A stretch of 43,156 nucleotides of DNA from a virus (IMGVR_UViG_2802429223_000002); one strand, 5' to 3'; positions 19,935 through 29,567 are shown, counted from the stretch's first letter. Numbers and translations are program-made. Notes: a model not told the origin generated them from the sequence alone.

Positions 19935-21893
19935 TTACGCCGTACATTTCACCAGACCGCGGTGATCAACTGGCGCGACACCAGCGTCAATACGCACTTT
20001 CGTTGTCACGCCATCCACACTGAAGCCCTCCATCTGATCAATATATGGCGTATCCACACCGTTGAGATAAGCCACTTCAATCGTATCGGAGCCTTTTGAC
20101 GCAGCCAGGTAGAAGGTGGTCTGGCTGTTATCATCAAGACGAGGCTCTGCAATAACGGTCGCAAAATCTTTCACCGGGTTAATAATACCGGCGTTAATGT
20201 CAGCCCCCTTGACACTTGAGGAGCGAATGACCTGGTTAGCAACAGACTCCATCGCCGTCGGTACCAGTACGAACGCAGGACGAATATTCAGATGACGCTC
20301 CCCCTCTTTCTGAACACGCATCAACTGGCGGGCTTTATCCAGCGATGCCACGTCCATTGCAGCGTCCTCCAGTACGTTTGCATGTTTCGCTTTATCGAAC
20401 AGACTTACATTATCTGTGGAGATTTTCGGGTTAGACGTCAGAATGGCATAAACCAGATCGGCAATAGTGGATTTCGCCGCACGGCCCAGCTTCATCGGGA
20501 CATCGGTCAGCATATTCAGATCATCATTGATAATGGCCTGACGGGTGATACTGAACAGCTCGCCATAGGTCGCCAGTGCAATAGTGGCCTGTTTATCTCC
20601 GGTGGTGACGTATTTATATTCCGCCCCTTCACGCACCTGACGCAGAGCACTGAAGCCCCCCATACCCACGCGATGGGCAATTTTAAAATCAGACAACTGA
20701 CCTTTCCGCGTCCACTGTTCATAGGTTTCAGGGGCATCCTCCCAGCCCTGCAGAATGGCTTTGTTCGCAACATCCAGCAGAATATTACCGAAGTCAGACG
20801 TACTGTGTGTGAACGCCGCACCGACCATCTGCATCGGGTTATAACCGGAAACCCCAATACCCCGTTCAGTCAGTGACATACGGGCATATTCACGCAGGGT
20901 CATCCCGTTGTAGACATTATCACGTTCGGTTTTTTCAAATCCGGCACGCGCCATCAGCGCCTGGCGGATCCCGTCCCCCACAAAATTACCGTTACCGGCA
21001 TAAATATGAGCCGGGGTATTTTTATTGGATGGCGTGGACTCGCGCCCCATCTCGTTCAACAGCTTTTCGCGGGCCTGCTCCAGCGAACATTCAGGATCGG
21101 CAAGACACTGAGCCTGCAGCATCTGATAACGCCCGCCAAACATGGCAAACAGATCATTAATACCGTTTACACGCGCTTTTTGCTCTGCCAGTACCTGCGC
21201 ACGGATACTGTTTTCATCCACCACGGGTGCTGCTGCCTGCACTGGCGTCCGGGAGGCTGCAGGTTCATTATCCTGTACGCGTGGAGCACTGTTGCGTGGC
21301 GGAGTAATCATGTTTCGAATGGATTCCGGCATCTTTTTAAATTCCTCTGTACGTTTTGACTGAATACATGCCATTGCCTTAACGGCTGGCGTCACCTGAT
21401 CAGCAAATCCATGTGCCAGACATTCGGCACCGGACATCCAGGTCTCATCCGCCAGCATGGCAGCAATTTCATCGGTGGTTTTCCCGGTTTTCTGTGCATA
21501 AGCGGGTAACAGAACCGCCTCAACCTTATCGAGCAGGTCGGCATAGGTGCGCATGTCCTCCGCATCACCGCCCGTAAAGCCAAATGGTTTATGAATCATC
21601 ATGAAGGTGTTTTCCGGCATAATGACCGGTTTTCCCACCATCGCAATGACCGACGCCATTGACGCCGCCACACCGTCGACATAAACGGTAATGGACGCAC
21701 CATGTGTTTTCAGCGCATTAAAAATGGCGATGCCTTCAAAGACATCGCCACCCGGTGAATTGATATGGAGATTAATGTGGGTGATATCGCCCAGTGCATT
21801 CAGATCACTGATAAACTGCTTCGCTGTAACACCCCAGAAACCAATCTCGTCATAAATATAAATATCCGCGTCACTCTGGTGACCAGCCTGCAT
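19935..21893 (-). CDS. fused prohead protease (ClpP-like) - scaffold - HK97-fold major capsid protein
   Basis: Single ORF; N-terminal ClpP/S14-like block (IYIYDEIGFWG...INSPGGDVFEG...ASMASVIAMVG) and C-terminal capsid-like region; start set at ATG 21893 just after portal stop (ORF track extends to 22154). Confidence 0.8.
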   Translation of the reverse strand: MQAGHQSDADIYIYDEIGFWGVTAKQFISDLNALGDITHINLHINSPGGDVFEGIAIFNALKTHGASITVYVDGVAASMASVIAMVGKPVIMPENTFMMIHKPFGFTGGDAEDMRTYADLLDKVEAVLLPAYAQKTGKTTDEIAAMLADETWMSGAECLAHGFADQVTPAVKAMACIQSKRTEEFKKMPESIRNMITPPRNSAPRVQDNEPAASRTPVQAAAPVVDENSIRAQVLAEQKARVNGINDLFAMFGGRYQMLQAQCLADPECSLEQAREKLLNEMGRESTPSNKNTPAHIYAGNGNFVGDGIRQALMARAGFEKTERDNVYNGMTLREYARMSLTERGIGVSGYNPMQMVGAAFTHSTSDFGNILLDVANKAILQGWEDAPETYEQWTRKGQLSDFKIAHRVGMGGFSALRQVREGAEYKYVTTGDKQATIALATYGELFSITRQAIINDDLNMLTDVPMKLGRAAKSTIADLVYAILTSNPKISTDNVSLFDKAKHANVLEDAAMDVASLDKARQLMRVQKEGERHLNIRPAFVLVPTAMESVANQVIRSSSVKGADINAGIINPVKDFATVIAEPRLDDNSQTTFYLAASKGSDTIEVAYLNGVDTPYIDQMEGFSVDGVTTKVRIDAGVAPVDHRGLVKCTA

Positions 21894-21906
21894 CCTGAAC
21901 CAGGAA

Positions 21907-23415
21907 TTATTCTTCGGACTGGTCGTCGGTGTGCTGCGGCTCCTGTCGTTTCGTTGCGGCACTGCTGCCTCCTTTATCACTGGCCGGATCGGTATCAAAT
22001 ACCAGATCCAGCTTGCGGTTTTCATCAATTTCGGCCTTGCGCCGACGTTTGACATCATCCGGATTACGACCACCTGCACGTACCCAGTCTGATTCTGTCG
22101 CCGCTCCACCACGAATCTGGATTTTCCAGGCCTCAGCCTCCTTAACAGGGTCAATCCACGGCATCACCGGTCCGGAATACACCGCGGTATACAGTGAAGA
22201 ACGGTCAAGATCGCGGGGTAGCCTGATAACACCGGATGCCACAGCCTGTTTCAGCCAGGCACGGTACATCGGGCGGGTGACGGCACCAATAAACCAGTCC
22301 TGCAGGATCAGGTAGCCATCAGTGGATTCAACCAGCTCCTGACGCTGGGCGCTGTAAGTGCCGTTATAGTTGCGCGCTGTACTGGAAAAACTCAGACGAC
22401 TGCCAGCCGCCACTGCACGCAACTGACCATTACGAAAAGTTTCAAGATTAGGATTGGGGCGATCCGACTTCACCATTCCGATTTCTTCGCCGGGTTTCAG
22501 ATCGTCGTAAATAATGCCTGGCTGAATGGTAAGCTCGCGTTCCTTATCCTTGCTGCCATTACCATCCGGTTCATAGCTCTGCCCGTCGCCTTTGCGGATG
22601 TACATCCCCAGAGCAGCGGCGATCCTTGCTGCAGTCAGCTCATAATCTTCATAATCTTTCAGGGCACTGAGGCGGATCAGCACACCGGACAACAAAGACG
22701 TCCCGCGCATCTGGTGCAGACGGCGAACAAATTTAAGATGCAGCATTCGCTCTGCATCCACTTCTTTGGTTTCCATCTGCCGTCCGGATACGGGACGGCT
22801 TTTATACACCAGATATTTTTCGGGACGCCCCCAGTCATCAACAAACACGCCCTGATTCAGCCTGTTGGTCTCATCACTGGTCATGGGAATAAAGTCTGGC
22901 TCGAGCGCCTCCAGCCAGAAATGAACACCGGCAGAAGGCGTCAGGCTGTTTATGCGCCCGGAAACCATCTGGGCAAACACCTCACCATCGCGCAGCCAGG
23001 TACGCAGCATCAGACGTTCCAGCATCGGACGGGTAAACTGCCCGGTGACTTCCGGGCTGACAGACCATTCACTCCATCGGGTGCGAATCTCCGCTGCCAG
23101 ATCACGGGCAATGGCCCCATTGCGTAATACCGGATGTGGCTCGACAATAATCCCGTTTTTCCCCACCACCCGTTCTTCCAGCTTGTCAAATACACCAATA
23201 ACCAGATCGTGGTTGTTATCAAGGTAACGGGCCTGCTCACGTAACGACACGGCCCCGTACTGGCTTAGCTGGTCGGCAGTTCGGTTCTCCCGTCGGGCTT
23301 TGTGTGTCCGCGTCGTTTTTACGGCTTCATAAGCCTGGATCACCGCACGGGAACGCAGCCTTGCCGCTTTCCATCCAGGTGAAAAAACGCCAATCACATC
23401 ATCAAGAATTGCCAT
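21907..23415 (-). CDS. portal protein
   Basis: About 502 aa from MAILDDVIGVFSPGW; position between W and protease as in lambda; start ATG overlaps W stop (ATGA). Confidence 0.85.
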   Translation of the reverse strand: MAILDDVIGVFSPGWKAARLRSRAVIQAYEAVKTTRTHKARRENRTADQLSQYGAVSLREQARYLDNNHDLVIGVFDKLEERVVGKNGIIVEPHPVLRNGAIARDLAAEIRTRWSEWSVSPEVTGQFTRPMLERLMLRTWLRDGEVFAQMVSGRINSLTPSAGVHFWLEALEPDFIPMTSDETNRLNQGVFVDDWGRPEKYLVYKSRPVSGRQMETKEVDAERMLHLKFVRRLHQMRGTSLLSGVLIRLSALKDYEDYELTAARIAAALGMYIRKGDGQSYEPDGNGSKDKERELTIQPGIIYDDLKPGEEIGMVKSDRPNPNLETFRNGQLRAVAAGSRLSFSSTARNYNGTYSAQRQELVESTDGYLILQDWFIGAVTRPMYRAWLKQAVASGVIRLPRDLDRSSLYTAVYSGPVMPWIDPVKEAEAWKIQIRGGAATESDWVRAGGRNPDDVKRRRKAEIDENRKLDLVFDTDPASDKGGSSAATKRQEPQHTDDQSEE

Positions 23416-23633
23416 CAGAACCTCGCCAGCCGGTACCCGGGATGCCCCCGTCGTCGTGTAATCAGAGCCGCAAGGCGGCGCTCCCACTCCTGCCGTCCCT
23501 GCCGGATCTCAGATAAGTTTTCCATGGTCATCTGCTGACCATTAAAGGTGACGGATTTTCCGTCCAGCACCGCCATTTCAGCTTCCATATAACGCTGAAT
23601 CATGGCTTCGATATCATTCTGGTTCATAACCAT
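23415..23633 (-). CDS. W: head-tail joining protein W (gpW family)
   Basis: 72 aa; C-terminal ...RRRGHPGYRLARF resembles lambda W C-terminus; canonical position between terminase large subunit and portal. Confidence 0.7.
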   Translation of the reverse strand: MVMNQNDIEAMIQRYMEAEMAVLDGKSVTFNGQQMTMENLSEIRQGRQEWERRLAALITRRRGHPGYRLARF

Positions 23634-25726
23634 CCTCCGGAAGTCAGCCAGGGGTTAACATCGTCAGTTACTGTTTTCTTCCGTTTTTGTTTTTTAACAG
23701 GCGTGGATACCGGTTCCGGTGAGGATGACGGTTCGGTACTGTCCTGGACACACTCCAGCCAGGTTTCCCGGCTCGCCCACTCCGGTGCATCCGGCCAGCG
23801 GATCTTTTCGTATCCATGCAGAATGACCAGAGCCTCGGCATACACCATCAGGTCAAAAGCTTCGTTGGCACCGCGACCCGGCTTACTCCATTTCCCGTCA
23901 CTGCTCCGCTCTTCATACGTCAGTTCGTCGTAAAACCAGCTCCCCAGCCAGTCAGGGAAATGCACATAGCCGGGACCTGGCGAGTCACGCCATAACGCGT
24001 TATTCACCCGGTCTTTCAGTGCATCCGTCTGAAGAAGCCAGAGCGGCACATCACCTGCGGCCTGCGCCCGTCGGCCCGTTCGTCCGGTGTTATCAGGGAA
24101 TGTACGGGTGATCAGTTTTGCGCGCCGGATGCTGTCGCCCTTAAACAGGTAAATACGTTTACCAAGGCCATCACGACGGCAACGACGCCAGAATTTATAG
24201 GCATTATCAGTGACCCCGTCTTCACCGCCGGAGTCCACCGCCATTGCCATCAGTCGCATTTGTTGAGAAGGATCGGAGGCCAGCGGCCAGCTTTTATGAA
24301 AAACATCCGTCAGCAGGACATCCCAGTCTTCCGGATAGCTGGCCGGATCAATTCGCTGGCTCTCCCCGTCGCTGTCACCGCGCAATGACTGCGTGATGTT
24401 GTAACGATCAATAATCCAGCGTTCGCCACGGCTGCCATAGCCCGTTACCTGAACCACAAAACGGCGATGACGTCCCGCCTGCACATCCACTGTCGCCACA
24501 AGGAAATTAACGCCATCCGGCACACTGCGGGAAGGAACTGGCTCTGCCCGCTGCTCAAGCAGTTCACTTTTTCGTTGCTCCATGCTGGCGCGGGGAAGAT
24601 AAGGTAATCCCCAGTCGGTATTGATAACCGTCTTGAGTGTTTCTTCACTTCCGGTTGTCTCGTATTCCTGTTCTGCAGTAAGCAGTTTGTAAACGAGTTG
24701 CGAGAGTGTCTGGTAAGCAGCTGCCGGACCCTCCATCCAGAATGACGCAATACGTGAGCGTCGGGGATCACCATAACGACTGCCATCCGCATTGATGGAT
24801 TCACCATCCCGCAACCAGACCCCACGTCCGTTCAGCTCACGTTTGTGTTCAGGCATAATCCGTCCTGAACAGGAAGGACACTGAATATAAGCCGCCTCAC
24901 TTGCCAGCACGGGATCGGCAATATCACGGAAACCAGCAACCACATCGCCGCAGGGCTGAAAATACTCACCACAGTGTGGACAGGGCCAGTACCAGCGACG
25001 GCGATCACCACGGTTATAGAGCGACAGGATCCCCGTGGTTGGTGGAGCCTCATGCGGTGAAGTCCGTCGCCATTTCACATCCTTCACATCCCTGCCGGGG
25101 GAACTCTCCACCAACGTCATACCGCTGGACATAAATGTGGTGGTACGTTTTGAGGCAAGAGAGAAGGCATCCCCCTCGCCATCAATATCTTCCGGAAAAC
25201 GGTCATAATCCGTCAGCGCGACGCATTTATAATCTGATGAGGACATGATATTGACTGACGGCCAGCCGATTTTCAGGTAGTTGCCAGCAAGGAATGTTCT
25301 GTCATAAACGTTGTTGTCATTTTTGTTCGGACTCAGGCGACTGACCACTTCCGGGCTGACGCGAAACGTTCTGGCGAGTCGTTTTTTGGAGTGTTCGCGG
25401 GCTTTTTCCTCCGTCATCTGAATAATCAGCATATCAGCAGGATCGCAAATCACGTTGTAAATCACCCAACCGTCAATCAGGCCGATAGTCTTGCCGGTTC
25501 GTGCCGGGCCAACAAATATCACTGCGTCGTATTCACGCGAGGCCAGGCAGTTCATCGGCTCAATAACATACGGTGCCACCAGCGGATCCCACGGGACTGA
25601 GTTCCCGGCCCCCATGGGCACCCGCATATACTGAGCAACGGCATCAGCAACCCGCATTCGTCTCGGTGCGCGAAGGATATAACCTGAATCGGTTCGTGCT
25701 GCCTTTGCGGTTTCCTGATTCAGCAT
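23624..25726 (-). CDS. terminase large subunit (GpA family)
   Basis: 700 aa; Walker A-like GPARTGKT; size and position as lambda A. Confidence 0.9.
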   Translation of the reverse strand: MLNQETAKAARTDSGYILRAPRRMRVADAVAQYMRVPMGAGNSVPWDPLVAPYVIEPMNCLASREYDAVIFVGPARTGKTIGLIDGWVIYNVICDPADMLIIQMTEEKAREHSKKRLARTFRVSPEVVSRLSPNKNDNNVYDRTFLAGNYLKIGWPSVNIMSSSDYKCVALTDYDRFPEDIDGEGDAFSLASKRTTTFMSSGMTLVESSPGRDVKDVKWRRTSPHEAPPTTGILSLYNRGDRRRWYWPCPHCGEYFQPCGDVVAGFRDIADPVLASEAAYIQCPSCSGRIMPEHKRELNGRGVWLRDGESINADGSRYGDPRRSRIASFWMEGPAAAYQTLSQLVYKLLTAEQEYETTGSEETLKTVINTDWGLPYLPRASMEQRKSELLEQRAEPVPSRSVPDGVNFLVATVDVQAGRHRRFVVQVTGYGSRGERWIIDRYNITQSLRGDSDGESQRIDPASYPEDWDVLLTDVFHKSWPLASDPSQQMRLMAMAVDSGGEDGVTDNAYKFWRRCRRDGLGKRIYLFKGDSIRRAKLITRTFPDNTGRTGRRAQAAGDVPLWLLQTDALKDRVNNALWRDSPGPGYVHFPDWLGSWFYDELTYEERSSDGKWSKPGRGANEAFDLMVYAEALVILHGYEKIRWPDAPEWASRETWLECVQDSTEPSSSPEPVSTPVKKQKRKKTVTDDVNPWLTSGGWL

Positions 25727-26220
25727 TACTCCTCCTGCTGTAATTCCTCCTCATCATCCGCACCTGCTTCAGTCACCCGCAGGGCTATCTGATCGCGCAG
25801 ATCATCAATAATGGACTGAACACGGCTCACAGCGGCAGGCTGCAGACCGCAGTCACGTTCAAGAATATCCGGTAATGTCTCCAGCACCTGCACGACCGCT
25901 TTTGCCCAGATGGCAAACTCCCGTCTGACATCACTGGCCGGAATGAGTTGTGCCGTTTCCTGTTCGAACTTAAGACGCTCACGTTCAGACTGATACCAGG
26001 CTTTGCGCTCATGCGCGTCCATTTCGCCTTCTGCAACCGGCGGTGGTAATGCCAGAAATGCCGACACAATATCAACCACCCGATAAAGCTTGAGGTTGCT
26101 TTCATGCCCCCCTGCAACGGGTAGATTTTGCAGCCTTGCCGCAGCAGTCTGGCGATGTACACCTGACAGTGCCGCCAGTTGACTGATATTAAGCGTCAGA
26201 TTTTTTAACTCTCGATCCAT
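25726..26220 (-). CDS. terminase small subunit (Nu1-like)
   Basis: 164 aa, N-terminal HTH-like region and acidic C-terminus; immediately upstream of and overlapping the large subunit start. Confidence 0.75.
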   Translation of the reverse strand: MDRELKNLTLNISQLAALSGVHRQTAAARLQNLPVAGGHESNLKLYRVVDIVSAFLALPPPVAEGEMDAHERKAWYQSERERLKFEQETAQLIPASDVRREFAIWAKAVVQVLETLPDILERDCGLQPAAVSRVQSIIDDLRDQIALRVTEAGADDEEELQQEE

Positions 26221-26384
26221 ACCCGCTCCAGAATGTTTTAAACATGCATCTTGCGAACAACTTTAGGCAAACGGTGTTAGTGATGAACAAAAAACAATCA
26301 AAATCGACACTACAAAAATAAAACCACTGTAATATCAATCTATTACAGTAGTGGTGATGACGAATGAAATTTCAAAAACTAGCC

Positions 26385-26415
26385 TTTTTCCGCGACGCTC
26401 CCGCCCCGTGAGAGC
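26385..26415 (-). other. putative cos site (cosN-like)
   Basis: Minus-strand reading GGGGCGGGAGCGTCGCGGAAAAAG resembles lambda cosN GGGCGGCGACCTCGCGGGTTTTCG; located about 180 nt upstream of the small terminase start, as in lambda. Confidence 0.4.
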
Positions 26416-26554
26416 TCAGGTCATCAGAAGGACCCACATTAAAGGCAGAATATTCACTCTGATATTACGCATTGTTTTGCTTTTGTAGATTCGCAATTTA
26501 CGGTAAAAATACTTTTGCTATTTCTTCGTACCATAAATGCACAGGAGTATCTTC

Positions 26555-26875
26555 ATGTCCATAAAGGTATTCAGAAGTGACCTTCAGACTGAGAGTGAAT
26601 CAGACTATCGTAATTGGCTTGGCGATAATCCAGACGGATATGTTGTCAATGCATTGAAGCGAACCAGAGGTAAAGGTAATAAATCTGACGAACGCTTTAC
26701 CAGAATCCATAGAGCATCTTGCAAAACGATTAATCCCTTGAAACGCAAGATCGATAAAACAGGATTCACAACTGGAGATTATCAAAAAATATGCTCAACC
26801 AACTTCCTCAATGTTGAAAATGAAGCAAAGAAAATGACAGGTCTGACAAGCATCATCAAATGTCGATGCATCTAA
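26555..26875 (+). CDS. hypothetical protein (AT-rich moron candidate)
   Basis: 106 aa from ATG 26555 with AGGAG SD; opposite strand to the late genes; no family recognised. Confidence 0.5.
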   Translation: MSIKVFRSDLQTESESDYRNWLGDNPDGYVVNALKRTRGKGNKSDERFTRIHRASCKTINPLKRKIDKTGFTTGDYQKICSTNFLNVENEAKKMTGLTSIIKCRCI

Positions 26876-27092
26876 AGCGTCATGTAATTAACATGTTCAC
26901 AACACTCTCCGGGTGACCGCTAATGCTGTTGTCAGCCAAAAACTCTACGTTTCGATTATGCCAATTTTGCACCGCCCGATGCCGATAAATGCGAAAATCC
27001 GGCGACTATGTAGCGTAATCAAATCAACGAGATACCACTTTCATGAAATAATTATCATCTGTCAGTTCAATATCAATGTTGAGAGAGAATAA

Positions 27093-27245
27093 ATGAGAGG
27101 AATGCCAAGAGGAAGTCGAGGACAGAGGGCTGTCCAATCAACTGCAAGAAGAGCAAGACGATCAAATGCCAGCCATTCTGACCAATTAGGATGCCTGGCA
27201 CTAATCATCGTTGGCCTGATATTTATCTATTTCATGGCTAATTAG
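27093..27245 (+). CDS. possible small membrane protein (50 aa, Arg-rich N-terminus, C-terminal TM helix)
   Basis: MRGMPRGSRGQRAVQSTARRARRSNASHSDQLGCLALIIVGLIFIYFMAN; many rare AGA/AGG/CGA codons; below ORF-track size cutoff. Confidence 0.25.
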   Translation: MRGMPRGSRGQRAVQSTARRARRSNASHSDQLGCLALIIVGLIFIYFMAN

Positions 27246-27255
27246 CAAAGATTGC

Positions 27256-27699
27256 TCATCTTACACACTGCGTGCGAATGTATTGCTGCAAGCCTCGGAT
27301 CATTTTATCACTGGTTTCAATCCGCTTTCTAAGGGTGAAATAATCCCGTTGAGCGGTGTCAGTAAGTCTGGGGCTGGTGCCATCATCCACGCCGGAGGCG
27401 GCGGTGATTTTATGCATGTCTGGACAGACAGCTTTGACGCGCAGCCACTTACGCCCAGCAGAAACATCAGCACGAAGACTTTCGATAGTCGCGTTAGCAT
27501 CAGCAAGCTCCTTTGTGTATCTGGCGTCGAGTTCTGCTACATCACGTTGACGCTTCTGCATATCAGCGATAGTGGATGCGGCTTTGTCGCGTTGCTCTTT
27601 GTAGGCGATGGCGTTATCACGGTAATGATTAACAGCCCATAACAGGCAGACGATGATGCAGATAATCAGAGCGGAGATAATCGCGGTTACTCTGCTCAT
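27256..27699 (-). CDS. Rz: i-spanin Rz
   Basis: [34 protein letters not shown]... matches lambda Rz as recalled; start ATG 27699 abuts endolysin stop. Confidence 0.9.
   Translation of the reverse strand: MSRVTAIISALIICIIVCLLWAVNHYRDNAIAYKEQRDKAASTIADMQKRQRDVAELDARYTKELADANATIESLRADVSAGRKWLRVKAVCPDMHKITAASGVDDGTSPRLTDTAQRDYFTLRKRIETSDKMIRGLQQYIRTQCVR
27300..27506 (-). CDS. Rz1: o-spanin Rz1 (lipoprotein, embedded in Rz in another frame)
   Basis: Lipobox LLGVSGC followed by the proline-rich [24 protein letters not shown], as in lambda Rz1. Confidence 0.8.
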   Translation of the reverse strand: MLMLTRLSKVFVLMFLLGVSGCASKLSVQTCIKSPPPPAWMMAPAPDLLTPLNGIISPLESGLKPVIK

Positions 27700-28193
27700 T
27701 GCTGCCCCCACAAACAGACTTCACGCTCAATCTCACGACGAGTCATCAGTCCTTTCCATTGCTTACCTCCAGCGTATGTCCAGCGACGTAGCTGATCACA
27801 TGCGCCTTTGATATCGCCATGGTTTATTTTGCGAAGAAGCGTCGATGTTCTGAAATTGCCAGCACCCACGTTGTAGACGAACGAGTAAAGAGCGCCGCGC
27901 GTTGTTTCCGGTATATCGACTTTGATGTACGGGTTAATTTGTCTGGCGACCGTGGCAAGGTCTTTATTCAGGAGGGCTTTGCATTCTGCTTCGGTATACG
28001 TTTTACCGAGCATGATGTCTTTTCCGGTGTGTCCGTGGCATACAGTCCATACACCAACAATATCTTTGTATGGTATGTAGCTGACACCTTCCAGACCATC
28101 GTTACCACTTGGGCCAGTGATTAACACTGATGCTATAGCAATTGCTCCGCCACCAATAGCAGCAGCAACTGCTTTTCGTAATGATGGAGGCAT
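27696..28193 (-). CDS. R: SAR endolysin (phage 21 R-type lysozyme)
   Basis: N-terminal signal-anchor-release segment [20 protein letters not shown] followed by lysozyme domain; matches phage 21 R as recalled. Confidence 0.9.
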   Translation of the reverse strand: MPPSLRKAVAAAIGGGAIAIASVLITGPSGNDGLEGVSYIPYKDIVGVWTVCHGHTGKDIMLGKTYTEAECKALLNKDLATVARQINPYIKVDIPETTRGALYSFVYNVGAGNFRTSTLLRKINHGDIKGACDQLRRWTYAGGKQWKGLMTRREIEREVCLWGQQ

Positions 28194-28408
28194 TATTCAC
28201 CTCTCGCAGCCTTGCGCTTATCTTCTTTAATCTTGAAATAAAGGTTTGTCAGATACGTCAGCAAGCCAAATACCAGACTACCCAGCACACCTATTGCCGC
28301 CCACTGTGAGGGCGTGACTTTATCGAGCAACTGTAAAAACCAGTACCCGGCACTACCTGCTGAGGTGCCATAGGCGACACCCGTTGTTAACTTATCCATG
28401 GATTTCAT
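28193..28408 (-). CDS. S: pinholin S (phage 21 S-type) with dual-start motif
   Basis: [71 protein letters not shown]; two in-frame Met (M1, M4); GAGGTGGAG SD. Confidence 0.9.
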
Positions 28409-28446
28409 AACTCCACCTCGCAGATGCGGGTGCAAATTGAGAGAAT

Positions 28447-28478
28447 AAAAAATCCCCGACAATTCCAGATGTCAGCGG
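28447..28478 (-). terminator. possible tR'-like hairpin and U-tract just upstream of S
   Basis: Minus-strand CTGACA...TGTCGG imperfect stem followed by GGATTTTTTATT. Confidence 0.3.
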
Positions 28479-28675
28479 CCTTAAATATAAAAACAGGCAA
28501 ATGCCGAGGTCCGCTAATCGTTGCCACTATGAGCGCTGCGACGCCATTTCATCCAGCCAAGCTATCAGATACGGAAGCCGTGCTGCCGCTTTTACGGCAT
28601 TGTATTCACTATACTTATCTATTCTGATATCGTTAAATCAACAGAAATAACCAATATCAGAAGGAACGCATTAAT

Positions 28676-29224
28676 ATGGCGAACAATCTTTTTTATACAC
28701 TTGACAGGCAGCGCACACTGAAGTCAGGCATGAAAATTGAATTAGCAGAACCGTACTGCCCAATCGTTCCACTTCAGGCTCATACGAGCTCATTGTTTTC
28801 CGACGGTGTATCCCGGCATGCAAATAATCTTTTTTTCAACTACCACATAAACCTCGTCAGCTCAGACGAACGATTTGGAGCAATAATAGAAATACTACTG
28901 GAAGAACGAAGGAAATCACACTTCCCTGAAAAACCATCGCGCTTCCAATCAATTTTTGCATGTGAGTCTGTAAAAGAAACCGCCTGGTTCAGAGGCTTTT
29001 CAAAATCCCCACTTGACACCCCAATATTTCAAGTCAGCTCATCGTCGAACTATCATAGAGGTGATATGAATTTGTTAAATCTGAACTGCTCCCCAGTAGA
29101 AGTATCTCAGAGGCTGGATCTTTACTGGAAGGGTGAAACAACACAGATTTACGAAGGGTATCAACCATTCTGGGAAGTGCTCATTCCATTGCCAGTTATT
29201 ATTGGTGAAAGAATTATCGAATAA
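28676..29224 (+). CDS. hypothetical protein (Q-S island gene 1)
   Basis: 182 aa, AGGAA SD before ATG; AT-rich; antisense to the late transcript; no family recognised. Confidence 0.55.
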   Translation: MANNLFYTLDRQRTLKSGMKIELAEPYCPIVPLQAHTSSLFSDGVSRHANNLFFNYHINLVSSDERFGAIIEILLEERRKSHFPEKPSRFQSIFACESVKETAWFRGFSKSPLDTPIFQVSSSSNYHRGDMNLLNLNCSPVEVSQRLDLYWKGETTQIYEGYQPFWEVLIPLPVIIGERIIE

Positions 29225-29519
29225 TGGCTCTGACACCAGAATCATTTCCATAGCCGAACTGACGCTGACAGATTTTTAATTCGCTTATGGCTTTCTCCAT
29301 TGCTAATAGCGCGTCTTCAGTACGGTAGCAATCAACCTCAAGAACAAACGTTTTGAGATTGCTACTATCATTCCCGGCGAAAAGCGCATAGCTGGGTTGA
29401 CCAGTCTGATTCATCCCCCCCCCCTCAAACGACGAAACCCGCTCGACGGCGGGTTTAAGCCACGTGACAAAGTAACCACTCTTAACACGATACAATAGTT
29501 TTTGCGTACGCGTTAGCAT
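29214..29519 (-). CDS. hypothetical protein containing a G10 homopolymer tract (Q-S island gene 2)
   Basis: 101 aa ORF; the run of 10 C on the plus strand (29415-29424) encodes E-G-G-G; reading frame depends on tract length. Confidence 0.4.
   Translation of the reverse strand: MLTRTQKLLYRVKSGYFVTWLKPAVERVSSFEGGGMNQTGQPSYALFAGNDSSNLKTFVLEVDCYRTEDALLAMEKAISELKICQRQFGYGNDSGVRAIIR
29415..29424. repeat. C10/G10 homopolymer tract
   Basis: Ten consecutive C at 29415-29424 inside ORF 29214-29519. Confidence 0.95.
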
Positions 29520-29567
29520 TTTTGTTAAAGTATAAAAATGTAATTAAACCAGTATGTCATCACTACA

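Noticed and set aside
22058-22154. Upstream extension of the protease-capsid ORF (ORF-track start 22154)
   Set aside because: The extension overlaps the 3' end of the portal gene in another frame and precedes the conserved ClpP-like N-terminus; ATG 21893 just after the portal stop is the more plausible start.
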